Positions 13,901 through 25,529 of a stretch of 64,000 bases of DNA are shown one piece after another (positions within the stretch are counted from its first letter, which is position 1; every line of letters begins with the position of its first letter). The position numbers were made by a program, and so were the translations under genes. The notes beneath the pieces were generated by a model. That model ran no database searches. It was not told the DNA's origin and saw only the letters and a list, made by a program, of their open reading frames with translations. The DNA is from Octopus vulgaris (taxonomy: Eukaryota): positions 108,872,001 through 108,936,000 of the forward strand of contig OX597817.1 in assembly GCA_951406725.2 (NCBI GenBank), written 5' to 3'.

Positions 13901-15709
13901 ATGTAGAAAATCATGAGAGATGTGCGATACCTGAAGGCAGTCTTTGCAGACTGGATAGTCGCCTTACATAAGTTTCGCCTTAGAAATGGTTGTCTTCGGC
14001 TGTGTTTTATAGGCAATCGGTGTATTTACATTATTTCTCCGCCTTACTACTGAGAGAGTGAATGAATGCCTTCCGATTTTTAGAGTGTAGGTTAAAATTA
14101 TTGCTTTCGTCGCTACTGTTGCCGCTGTTATGGCTGTAGTTGGCAATGTAATTGTTGATGTTGCTGTTGTATTTGTTCCCGTTCAAGTATCAGTTGTCTT
14201 CCGTGCTGCTGTTGCTGTTGCTGTTGCAGTATTTGTCGCAGAATTTGTTGTTGCCGTCGTAGGTATCGTAGTAACTGTTGTTCGATGAGCATGGTTGCCG
14301 ATGTTGCTGGTATTACTTAGTTACTGTGAGAGAGAAGGTGAGAGACAAACTAGAAAATTTGTTTTCGTATTTCCCTTTCGAGTTAATCAATTTCTGTCAT
14401 TTTATTTTCCCCTTTTCAAGCTAATCTGTTTACTTAACTGAAGTTGCCCTTTTCCCCGCTTTACTCGTTTGCTATTAGTGTTTGCTTATTTGTTTAAAGT
14501 GTTCTGTTTAGCTAAAAGCTGAGAAAAGTCTTTCGGCTTATTCATCCCCACCTAGAATAGTAAAGTTTCGTCTTAGATGTTATTGTCTTCGACTGTGTTT
14601 TTTAGGCAGCCAGTGTATTTACATTATTTCTCCGCAATGGAAATGTCGGCAAAATTTAAAAGGCTCTTCTTTCTCCAGTAGTAACAATGCCAACATAATT
14701 TAACATCTCTCCTCTCCCAACAATTTCTATCAACAAAAAACAGATGCAAGAACATACAGGCGATATAACATCTCAACAAAAATACAAACGATTTAAGCAT
14801 AAATATTTACTTTTGCAATGTGAAAAGAAGCAGTGAAAATATGAATCTAAGTGTACAAATAGTGTAAACAGTAACACCCCCCAACCACCTCCCCACCACC
14901 AACACCACCCAACACCACCACCATCAAACACAAACACCACAAAATATAGCAACTACTCACATGTTGCTTAGGTTGCGAGGGAGGTATTGGATATTAGCCA
15001 GCTTCAAGAAAATGAAGAATTTAGAAGAGCTATTTCGAGAGCAAGCGAGCAGGAAAAAGAGAGATTGTCTTCTCGAAGATTTCATCACAAGAAGGCAAGG
15101 GAGGAAGCGTGTTTTGACTGTTTTGAATATATTTAGTGCTTTTCCATAACATCGAAACAGGAGTTAGAGAGCATCTGACCGGTATGAGAAGGTAGTGTAC
15201 TTTTCCAAACGAAATGGCGTATATAGAAGAGGGAGGACGAAAAGAAATGCATTGAAAGCTCGTGCGCTACACGCTTGTCCATAAGGCGATGCGAGAATAT
15301 AAAATAAAGAAAAATAGGAGCCATTAGCAAGTATATTCCTGCTTGTCGAATATGAGGTGCTGTATACAAATGTGTTGGCAAAGAAGGGATCTGTAGGTAA
15401 AATGAAATGTGAAGGCCATAAGATATTCTGAAGAGCATAAGGCAATCTCGGAAGAGTATGATACAGTTCAATCAGACATGAGCTCAGTCGCACTATGTCG
15501 AAGATCAGAAAACTTGGTTTCCCTGAGAGAGTTTAAACCTTCTGTGCAGAAAGTTAAAAAAAAGCGAAAAAAAAACAAAAACAGGAGAGTAAATGTAGAG
15601 AATAGCAGAAACAACGACAACAACGTTTCCCTGATGTCCAAACAAGAAGATAACAACGAAGGCTACTGCAACTACCATTTTGCTGCCCAGGATGATCAGA
15701 ATAGAAAAA

Positions 15710-16935
15710 CAGGGGTTAGACAAAATAGTGGAAACACCTAGCATCATAGTATCATAATTTAGAAATATCTATAAAACTATCAAAAGCTTGTTTATTCTTG
15801 TTTTTTGATTTATTACTTGTGTTGCTTAATATGTTATGCTAAAATTGCGGTGTATTTTTAGATATCATCAGAAAAAGGTAATTAAAATTCATTAAAATGA
15901 CAGATCTATCGGACTTTCAAACAGGTCAAATTGTTGGTGCTCGTATGGCAGGTGCTAGCGTAACGAAAATAGCCGAAATGCTTGGTGTATCAAGAAGTAC
16001 TGTCTCGAAATTAATGACTGCCTTTGAGAAAGAGAGAAAAACCTCCTTGTTGAAACAAAATTCCAGAAGAAAACCAAAACATTCACATAGGGACCGTCGG
16101 ACTCTTACGCGAATTGTTAGAAAGGATCACAAAAGTACAACTCCAAAAATTACTTCAGAGCTTAATGACCACATTGAGAAACCAGTTTCCACAAAACTGT
16201 TCAACGGGAGCTGCACAAAGCCGGATTTTACAGGAGGGCTACTTTCAATAACAAACGTTGCAATGCCTTTAGAGTGGAGTAAAAAACCTACAGAATTGGT
16301 CCCTAGAGTAGTGGAAGAATGTCATTCTCTCGGACGAGTCATCCATTACCATATTTCCGACCATCGGCCGAGTATACGTGTGGAGACAGCCAAAAGAAGC
16401 ATTTGACCTAGACTGACTTCTTCCAACTGTTAAACATGCAGGAGGATTTGTGATGATCTGAAGGGTTATATCTTGGAAATCTGCCGAGCCTATGGTTTCC
16501 CTTCATGGCAGAATTAATAGTCAAGAATATTAAAGCATTTTATCTGATCAAATTCATCCTATTGTTGCAGAACTGTCCCCGGAGGGAAACGCAATCTTTC
16601 AGGATGATAGTGCACCATTTCTCGCTGGTAAAGTTGTTACTGAATTGTACGAAGAACATTCTAGTGAAGTTGAACATCTTAACACAATATTATTGAACAT
16701 TTATGGTGCATTTTAGAAAAACAAGTAAGGAGAAGATATCCTCCATGACTACAAGAACTGGAGACTGTTTCAGCTGAAGAATGGGCAAACATTCCGTTAG
16801 AAACAATTCAAACTTTGCACGAATCCATACCTCGCAGAATTCAAGCTATAATTACTGCCAAAGGCGGTCCTACTCCATATTAAAATTAATTTATTTGAAA
16901 GTTTAAGGTGTTTCCATTATTTTGTCCAACCCCTG
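15710..16935 (+). mobile_element. Tc1-family DNA transposon, full length (~1.23 kb), transposase disabled
   Basis: 30-bp TIRs at 15710-15739 (caggggttagacaaaatagtggaaacacct) and 16906-16935 match at 28/30. TA follows the right TIR; the left flank reads AA. Confidence 0.93.
15897..16883 (+). pseudogene. Tc1 transposase pseudogene
   Basis: HTH start MTDLSDFQTGQIVGARMAGASVTKIAEMLGVSRSTVSK. Later frames give SDES, FQDDSAP, NIIEHLW and the terminal KGGPTPY*. Several frameshifts and stops. Confidence 0.9.
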
Positions 16936-17144
16936 TACATTTGACTATATCTCAAGAATTACAAGACATGCTAGGCTAAAGATAAACCGAAAGGTCTTCT
17001 GATCCCTCCAACCTTTGGCAATAAGAACAGACGAAGAGAAATTGAAATATATATCTTTCTACATATTTAGCCATATTTGTACGTCACCATAAGTTTCCTA
17101 ATTCCTCTGCATGAGTTATACTGCTTTGTTTTAAAGTACCGGTT

Positions 17145-17360
17145 AAAAATCTTTCTAATTTAGGCACAATAAAAAAAATTTGAGAAGAAATTATTGATTA
17201 TATCGATCCCAATATTCGAGAAATACTTAATTACATCGCCCCCGAACAAAAGAAATGTAAAACAGCCCTCACTTGGATTTGAACTTAGAATGTATCGAGA
17301 CGGAATATATAAAAATCAGATTTCACATATGAGACTATAACGATTGTACCAATTCACTAA
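17145..17360 (-). mobile_element. Highly degenerate SINE family A copy
   Basis: Residual gatttgaacttagaatgta and atcgatccc blocks. Confidence 0.45.
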
Positions 17361-19739
17361 TAATGATAACAATAATCCTTTCTACTATAGGCACCACGTC
17401 TGAAATTTTTTGTGGATGGGGACTAGTCAATTTACCTTCTGGGTCCAGGAGGATGATCCGTATCTTAAGATACCTCTCTTTCCGATATAACAGCTACTCT
17501 GTCATCCATTCCCTCAGACCTGGAGATACGCACAACTCGTAACCACCGAACACGAGCACAAATGCTCGAGCGTCGCAAACTCTGGTCTTCTAGATAACCA
17601 ACACACCTATAAATAATGACCATACGTTGTTCAGCAGGAACACTGAAAGTGAGAATGAACACTTAAGTTATTTCTGTGGGAGGAGGATTGATCCAGTCTT
17701 CGGGTTATTTGTGACTTTGCCCACAAGCATTTCCTTATGAAGTTTTTAATTTAGAGGTCCTTCAAAATTTCGTATTCCTCGAGATATTTAGTTTTCACTC
17801 TCTTATATGTGTTTTGTATCACTTTTATAATTCTATATTATTTGGAGTGTTACGTAGGAATATGATGTATTCATTATGTATAATGATTGTGCCTTGATGT
17901 ATATGTTTCAATGAACCCGTGTTTGTATCTACTACTTTATAGTTGAGGATGACTTTTGTTTGTTTTGGGATGATACTCTTGTTATTGGTTTGGATCGCAC
18001 TTTGATTTTGATTCTTGCGGAGTTTTAAATCTTCGTGGTATTTCTATTGTTTAGTGGGTTTTTGGTTGTGTATGTTTTGGGGATGCGTATAAAGATTTGT
18101 CAATTTCTTTGTCTCCTTCTTAAAGGTTTTTCGTTTCCTTTACGGTGTAACGTTTCCTATCTTCCACCTCTTTTGATCTTCCCCAATCACAAATATATTC
18201 TGGTAATTCTTTTAATTTAACTTCCTTGTGAGGCGATTTTGGCAGGCTGAGAAATCTGCGGCAGGATGGAGATAAATCTGTACATTTGAGTAAAATATAA
18301 AAATCACGAAAAGAAATACCGCAAAAGATTTTCTCCGACGGTCTAACAAATTTGCTAATCTATCAACCCAACAATGCTAACTTTTAATAATCAGAATGAA
18401 CTACAATAGCCAACCCAAATGAATGAATACAGGGACATAGAAATTATGATATCCGAAATGAGAAAAACTTAATGTTTGTCTAGTTTCGCGTATCATATGG
18501 CATCGAGTGCAGAAAATATATAAAAGTTGATGTAAGATTGCATACCAGCAAAATACAATACAATATAAAAGCAGTGCCCACTCGTAGAAACTATTTATGA
18601 ATATGGAATGCAATAATTACACTTACGTGTGCGCGCCTGTATGTGTGCATGTATATGCATGCATCTGCGCGCGTATATGAAAGACCTCAGGCAAAGTATG
18701 TATGCCGTAGAAATTTGGGAGAAACTTTAATCCTTAAACCAGAAATTGTTCAGAAAGGACAGATTCAATAGACAAATCTCGAGCAAAAATATAACTAGAA
18801 TAAAAAACGCAACTCAGAAACGAAACACGAAAATAAGATAAGAAACTATGAAAATAAGAACGATCGCAAAAGAAATATTGATTCAAAGGTCAAAGCTAAA
18901 GTGCGGAGAATATACTGATTTGAATTTCAAATTAAACAATTTCAAAGGAAACAAAATAATTTGATAAGATAATCGAGGCCTTTACAAGCAAATAAAAGAG
19001 TTCAATAGGGAATTGAAGAGCTAAAGAAAATTGTTGAAACATTTTGGAGAGAAATATGGGAAGAATAATAAACAAATGACCGAAACCACAAAACAAAAGA
19101 CAACTTAAATGATGTGACATCTCAAGTGTGAAAAGATATCACAACATAAAATATAATGGAAATCATGATAAGAAAAGTAATTAGAAATCACATTTCATCT
19201 CAAAACAGATACCCCCCTATATTACCAGATGTTTTATAAAATAATAAGGTGTCCATCCCCATTACCAGAGTGTCTTTCGCAAGAATAAGCAATTTATCTT
19301 CAAAAAATATTCATAAGGTTGATCTTAAAAATTACAGTCCAATCACGTCTGTTTTCAAATTATACATAACCCTAACACTGACACTAATTTGTTTTCCTTT
19401 GCCGGGTTTGGAGGAAGAGGCAGTGTCTATGCTTTCTCAACTCGTCGTCACTTAGGTGAGATCGATGCCATAAATGTTCCTGCTGATTTTCTTCAATCGA
19501 TACCTTCGGGAAAGATACGAGCGGAAGCGAATTCCGGTATGAATGTGTGGTGTAATGGTTGGTGCCGCTCCTAGGGATTGGGACACAAGACTAATGATGG
19601 GAAAGCAATCGGGTAGGATGGTATATCTGAATGGGAATGGCATGAACTGTCAATTCTTCTTTCTCTCTCTCTCTGCTATGATTACAACAGCGGTACAAAA
19701 GGTTGAAGAAGGAATACAAAAAATAGCGCGCCAGTGATC

Positions 19740-20620
19740 GAGAAGCTAGAGTGTGTATGTGAGGGATTTTTACCATTCAATCGGAGATCCCGTTTTTGGA
19801 AGCAGTTTAGTATGTCTGTGTGTGCAGAAGTGTACAGTCCTAGATGAAGGAGCAATGCACCATATTGTGGTCCTCACCTAGACTTGTAGTGTATCAATAA
19901 TCGTTGAGGGATATATGTTTTGGATCTGAATATATGTGCCAGTTTTTCATTTAAGCTCTTAGCCAGAACATGGATATGCTTCTGCCAGAAAGGTTCTTCA
20001 GTAATAGAGAGATCCAGCATTTAGAGCAAATGTAAGGCTTCAGCGAAGTGCTGCTCATAACTAAGGTGCGTCCATACAGTGACGTTTTAAATATCCGTAC
20101 TATTGGAAGGCGAGCTGGTAGAATCGTTACTGCGTCGGGAAAAATGCTTAGCGGCATTTCTTCCGACTTTACGTCATGAGTTCTAATGCTGCCGGGGTCG
20201 ACATTGTCTTTCGTCATTTTGAGGTCGATAAAATAAGTACCAGCAGAACACTGGGGTCAATACAATCGACTTACTCCCTCCCGTGAAATTGCTGGTCTTG
20301 TGTCAACATTTGAAATCAATATGAGTAGCGTTAGTGATTTGCTATTGAAAAAAGATATAATTGGTATGTTCCTTTAGTGGATGATTTCGACGTCTCCCTC
20401 TAAGCAGTCACTGCGAATTTGTCGTGATGAGAGTGGGTGTTACAAAGGTTGGGTTTGTTCGGGTGTTAGAGAAGAATGAATATTAGTGCCATCTGCATAA
20501 ATGTTGGTGTGTGTTGTTGGAAGAGTCAACAGTTAAGTCATTTCTAATGCAAAGTTTCTAAATATAGAACTGAGTCAGGTTTCCATATCCGCTTTATGTC
20601 CATTGTGATTTCTACTGAAG
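19740..20620 (-). mobile_element. Decayed APE-type LINE RT/C-terminal region interrupted by a SINE
   Basis: Minus strand gives IYADG (YADD-like) near 20490 and a degenerate YKS.VRP.IEYC...W-like block near 19850-19890. Confidence 0.55.
20107..20320 (+). mobile_element. tRNA-derived SINE family A
   Basis: aaggcgagctggtagaatcgttac head; core gaggtcgataaaataagtaccag. Confidence 0.8.
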
Positions 20621-20699
20621 TATTTATCTCTCTTCAGTTGAACTACCTTTACTTAACAATTTTGTAAAAGTTTAGGAAGAAAATATTAAGTTTTTCAAA

Positions 20700-21900
20700 A
20701 AGTAACAATAAAGAATCAAGGTCTTATGCAATTGCCAGATATTATTTTAGCTTTTTTAGCTGCAATTTAGTTTTATCACATTCTTTTAAAATGCCTGTCA
20801 TATCAAATGCGGGATATATTATTTTTGAAATGTTAGAAGACAGCAGCCTCATTTTCACATTCCAGAAACAGTGCACATTTGAATAATATAACAAAACGAT
20901 TCAAACAAGCACAGTTTGAGAGAGAAACGTTTTAGGTGGGTAACGGTAACTTAATAAATAAGTCATTATTATCTTGGCACAACTATTGAAGCAGTCTATC
21001 ATTGTTTGGCATTTGATTTCATCTTTTCTATAGCCCTAATTATTATGTTTAATGGTGAAAGAAAACTTGTACACAATGTATGCAACTGTTTTCCTGAAAA
21101 AGCTTGCCTGAACACCAAATAACAAAAACACAACAGGTTTAGCAATCCCTTCATCAAAACTGTGATAACGGCCTATCATTAACAGAGCCGCATCAGTAGA
21201 GTAGGCAGCAATATTACTCGTGACTGTATTATTTGTTGCAAAGTAGGATTTCACTAGAGTGAATATCGATATTTTGTATCTTTGACAAGATTTAGGCAAA
21301 TAACATTGCCAACAATAAATCATTACTATCTCTAATGTAGACTAGCCTACCTGCAAAGAAAATGAGGAGTTTTCGGGGAAAGCAGTAAGTTTAATTTCAA
21401 CATCAATCAGTCTTCCATCAATGCATCGCTTAACTGAATATATCGATAAGGGACTGTTTCCTTTCATGAAATTATTTGGATCCTCTCGCATAACTAATAA
21501 AATAAATTCTTTGTTAGAGAGTAATATCAAACTTTCACCAAAGTTTATTGTAATATACGACAGGCAGCAGATAATCCATCGTAGCTCTTGGCATTTTGCT
21601 TCTTAAATAAGGTAGTTGTTATAGAACGATTTTATGTCTTCCATGCAGGTTTTGAAAATATTCAAAAGGCTTATCTTTATCTTTTGAATGCTAAGTAGCA
21701 GAATGTTCTAGGAATTGAGGAATCAGCTGGTTTCATTGATCTACCAGAAAATATCTTGTGACACAAGAAGCTTTTTAGTAGCTATTTGTTTATGGTATTA
21801 GAAAACCTGTCTTCACATACATAGGTAAATAACCATATACGTATCTTTGTTTATTGAGATATATCAAACAGATATTGTTACAGAAAATATAGAAGTTCAT
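20700..21900 (-). mobile_element. hAT (Charlie/Buster, ZBED5-like) transposase remnant
   Basis: Minus ORFs give PLSIYSVKRCIDGRLIDVEIKL...SFSLQ (cf. PLSNNSVSRRIDEM..D.E..FSLQLDEST) and SNIAAYSTDAALLMIGRYHSF (cf. NIIS.ATDGAPAMVGRY.GF). Confidence 0.75.
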
Positions 21901-23030
21901 ATGTAGTTCATCACCGAAAATTAGAAACCCTTTTCTCCCTCTAAGCATCATGCATATATTAATTCCTACCTCAAAAATTAGAGACAAGGGTAATGATTTT
22001 TAAAATTCAACTTCAAAACACCATAAGACAGAACTACTAATGAAGATATCAGCAGACGTCTACAAGAAACTAATAAATATATTTCCATCCAGTCTGAAAA
22101 TTTTCCGAGAAACGGAAGACAGAAGACAGGAACGTTTTAGGGAATGTCCTCTGCGAGATTAGAACTGGTCTGGCAAACGTTCTCACCTGTTCTTTTCTCT
22201 CTACAAATATGCGTATAATAGGAGTGAAATGTATTAGTATGTAGTCTGAGATGGGTTTGGATGTAAGGTTCCTTGCTCAGCAATCCCAGGTCAATAGAAA
22301 GATTTAGTAGCCCCCAGTGAGACAAAAATATCATGAATGTTCACTCTTACGTCCACATTTGATAACTAATGAATTGTTCTTATATTATTATCTGCTACGA
22401 TAGAGCAACGAGGCGGCAGTTTTGTTTTTGGGACTCGCAACACGGACGGTACCTTGGGTTCCGGTTTCAGATAGTAAGGTGGTGTTACTAGATGTTAATG
22501 GCAGTAAAGGTACTGTATTTAAGCTTATAGAAATTATTTCCGCGACCACCAGAGTACGGCTGGAGCTCTGAGAACGTTTGCAAGCTTTCCTGATGATATC
22601 ACATTTTTTGGTACTGTCAGAGTATTCGTATTGCATTCTTTATACACGTTGGGATATTTTCTATGGATTTCACAGATAACGGAAATGGGTGTAAAACCTC
22701 TCAAATCTGCTCAAACGCTTTTAAATGTCTGACCTCTAACTACTGGATATCTCAAATATACCCGTATATAGATGGAGCGACAACAGCATGTCATCTCTAT
22801 CATAACTAGATAGAGTTTGATGGACCCAGGGGTGGGGTGCAACGTGAGAATAAAGCCACAACTTGGACCAGAAAAAGTTCGTGCCTCATACTGTTAAGCA
22901 GATGTGTACGGCCTTCCTGGAGCACTTTATTCAACTTTTCGAGTGAGCGATCGGCTGTAGACGGTAGTGGATCTTATTACCTTTTTCATTGCCTTGTTGA
23001 AATATTCGGCAGAAGTACACGGTAATATGA

Positions 23031-23264
23031 AAGGCGAGCTGGCAGAAACATTAGCACGCCGGGCGAAATGCGTAGCCGTATTTCGTCTGCCGTTACGTTC
23101 TGAGTTCAAATTCCGCCGAGGTCGATTTTGCCTTTCATCCTGTCGGGGTCGATTAAATAAGTACCAGTTACGCACTGGGGTCGATGTAATCGACTTAATC
23201 CGTTTGTCTGTCCTTGTTTGTACCCTCTGTGTTTAGCCCCTTGTGGGTAGTAAAGAAATAGGTA
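23031..23264 (+). mobile_element. tRNA-derived SINE family A, well-preserved copy
   Basis: A box tggcagaaacattag, B box gagttcaaattcc, core gcctttcatcctgtcggggtcgattaaataagtaccag. The core resembles the Meta-domain SINE core (inference). Confidence 0.88.
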
Positions 23265-23279
23265 GTATGAAAATCCAAT

Positions 23280-23780
23280 AGCAATATCAGAACTACAGAA
23301 TGCTCTGAGTGGCTGCATAAGATTCAAATTGTTCTCTTTGGATTGTCTGTCACATGAGCTTTACAAATACAGCGACCTCCTGGCAAGTGTTTACCATCAG
23401 ACAGTCCAGCTGTTCTCAACATTCTCTGCAGAGCATCAACAGAGCAACTACAGATGTTACTGCAGATATTCGCAACACAGGTCGTTTCTCTTTTCATTTC
23501 TTTTAAGGATACACAATCATTAGGCAAGCAAAGAACAAAACTAGATGCATCGCACCTCGATTGCTATCAAACATATTAGGCATTCAACCGGTTTGGCAAT
23601 GCAGTTAATGGAAGTCTCACATTAGCAGTTTGTATAGAATTAGTGACACAAAAGAACAAAGGTGTTTTCGATGAAACTCTGGGGGTGGACGAGAAGGAAC
23701 TAGATCTCTGGATCCGGTAATATGACTGACATCTAAAACTTCTGAGCCTCAAAGTACTACCGAGAGGCAAGGCTATTCCA
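23280..23780 (+). mobile_element. Decayed L1/Tx1-like LINE RT fragment
   Basis: ALSGC...SLDCLSHELYKY.DLLASVYHQ resembles KSPGLDGL.YELY....DLLA.VY. Confidence 0.5.
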
Positions 23781-24224
23781 GGATAAGCACTACAAGTAGG
23801 GCTTTGCTATCAAACAGAAGTGCCCTAGATGCTCGTAGAGTGACGAGAGCATAACCTACTCATTCATTATGCAACCTTCCCTTGAACAGCTGTTTTTACT
23901 TGGAGGACAGATTCACATATCGGCTAAGCCAATCGTAAACACTGCCCCGCCTCACATCTTTAACTGTGAAGTTCAGGTAGTTTTCAGCTGTCTAATGGCT
24001 ATGAAAAATAAGTTTGTGGTGAAAGAGGCTAAAAAGATTGAACATAGATTTCGCGAACTTCTTCAGTTTTCAGTGGTGTTTTTCAAATGGTGCGAACTTC
24101 TCATCACTTACTTTTCTCATTGGATTTTTATGTAAATTTCCACAGTTTATGTAACCTATTTTTGCAACGACCCTTTCATTTAGCGCATCGTGCTAATAAA
24201 AACCTCCACTTCCTCCCCTTCCTC

Positions 24225-24230
24225 ATCATT

Positions 24231-24286
<56 letters not shown>

Positions 24287-24322
24287 TATCAACACCATCA
24301 CCACCACCATCACCACCACCAC
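24225..24322. repeat. (ATC)n/(ACC)n microsatellite
   Basis: Direct reading. Confidence 0.95.
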
Positions 24323-24324
24323 CC

Positions 24325-24697
24325 GAAACTTTTGGGGAGGGGTGCCAGTCGATTAGATCGACCCCACTATACTACTGGCACTTAATTTATCGACCCCGAA
24401 AGGATGAAAGGCAAAGTCAACCTCGATGGAATTTGAACTCAGAATGAAAAGACAGACGAAATACCTCTTTCTTTACTACCCATAAGGGGCTACACACAGG
24501 AGGGACAAACAAGGACAGACAAACGGATTAAGTCGATTACATCGACCTCAGTGCGTAACTGGTACTTATTTAATCGACCCCGAAAGGATGAAAGGCAAAG
24601 TCGACCTCGGCGGAATTTGAACTCAGAACGTAGCGGCAGACGCAATACCGCTAATCATTTCGGCCGGCGTGCTAACGTTTCTGCCAGCTCACCGGCC
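24325..24697 (-). mobile_element. Two tandem/nested SINE family A copies (24325-24460 partial; 24461-24697 complete)
   Basis: Reverse complement of 24461-24697 aligns end to end with 23031-23264. Confidence 0.88.
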
Positions 24698-25483
24698 TGA
24701 CATTATTCAGGATAATATGAAGACAGCTGGTTCATGTATATTGTACGTTATTATTGTTAAAATTTCTCGTTTTACTTTTACAAATCATTAGACATTTAAA
24801 TCATACAAATTCCTTACAGTGATTTGATTTCGATTCTCCAAATACATTTTCACTACGCTATCAAATATACTTAACGCGCTATAAACGTTCCAGTAACACA
24901 CTGTGAGTTCAAATAAATGACGATTTTGTGTCCCTTCAGGAAAACAAAAATCTACTCAACACATGTTAGGTATATTTTTAAAATTGCTTCTAACATATTT
25001 TTATATACGGCCAACGAAGGAAACACTATGACGTCACTCAGTATGTTCAATATATCAGGCAAAGCTGTCTCAAATTACACTTCACTCTATTAAAGAACGA
25101 AAGCACACATTTTTTCAATCATCTAAAGTGACGGCTCGTACTAGATCTGCTGTATGAAGATTAATCTGGAGATAAAGTACAAAAGCAACAGCAAATCATT
25201 TGTAACTGAAATAAATTCCAGAATCTTAAAATGTAGTTTACGTCAGAGAGAGTTTCGTATAGAACTTTAAACTGAGAATGTTTTGTTGTTCTTGTCTCTA
25301 CAAACAGAAACATTATGTGTGACAAAGAATATATAAATATCGATTATTGCCATTTTTCACATATTCAAGTCTAAGACTCTGACACTTGTAGTTTTATCTT
25401 CCATCATTTTGTTCTCACACTTCTCTCTCTTCACACACTGACACAAACAATCAAACACAAAAAATATGCTCTCTTTCTCTCCC

Positions 25484-25529
<46 letters not shown>

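Noticed and set aside
17560-17640. Possible decayed minus-strand hammerhead (CUGAACA...ggtc/gacc...GACGC)
   Set aside because: Too many core deviations and no convincing stem I.
23830-24180. hAT dimerisation-domain remnant on the minus strand
   Set aside because: Only a faint resemblance (F.TTNL); not supportable without a search.
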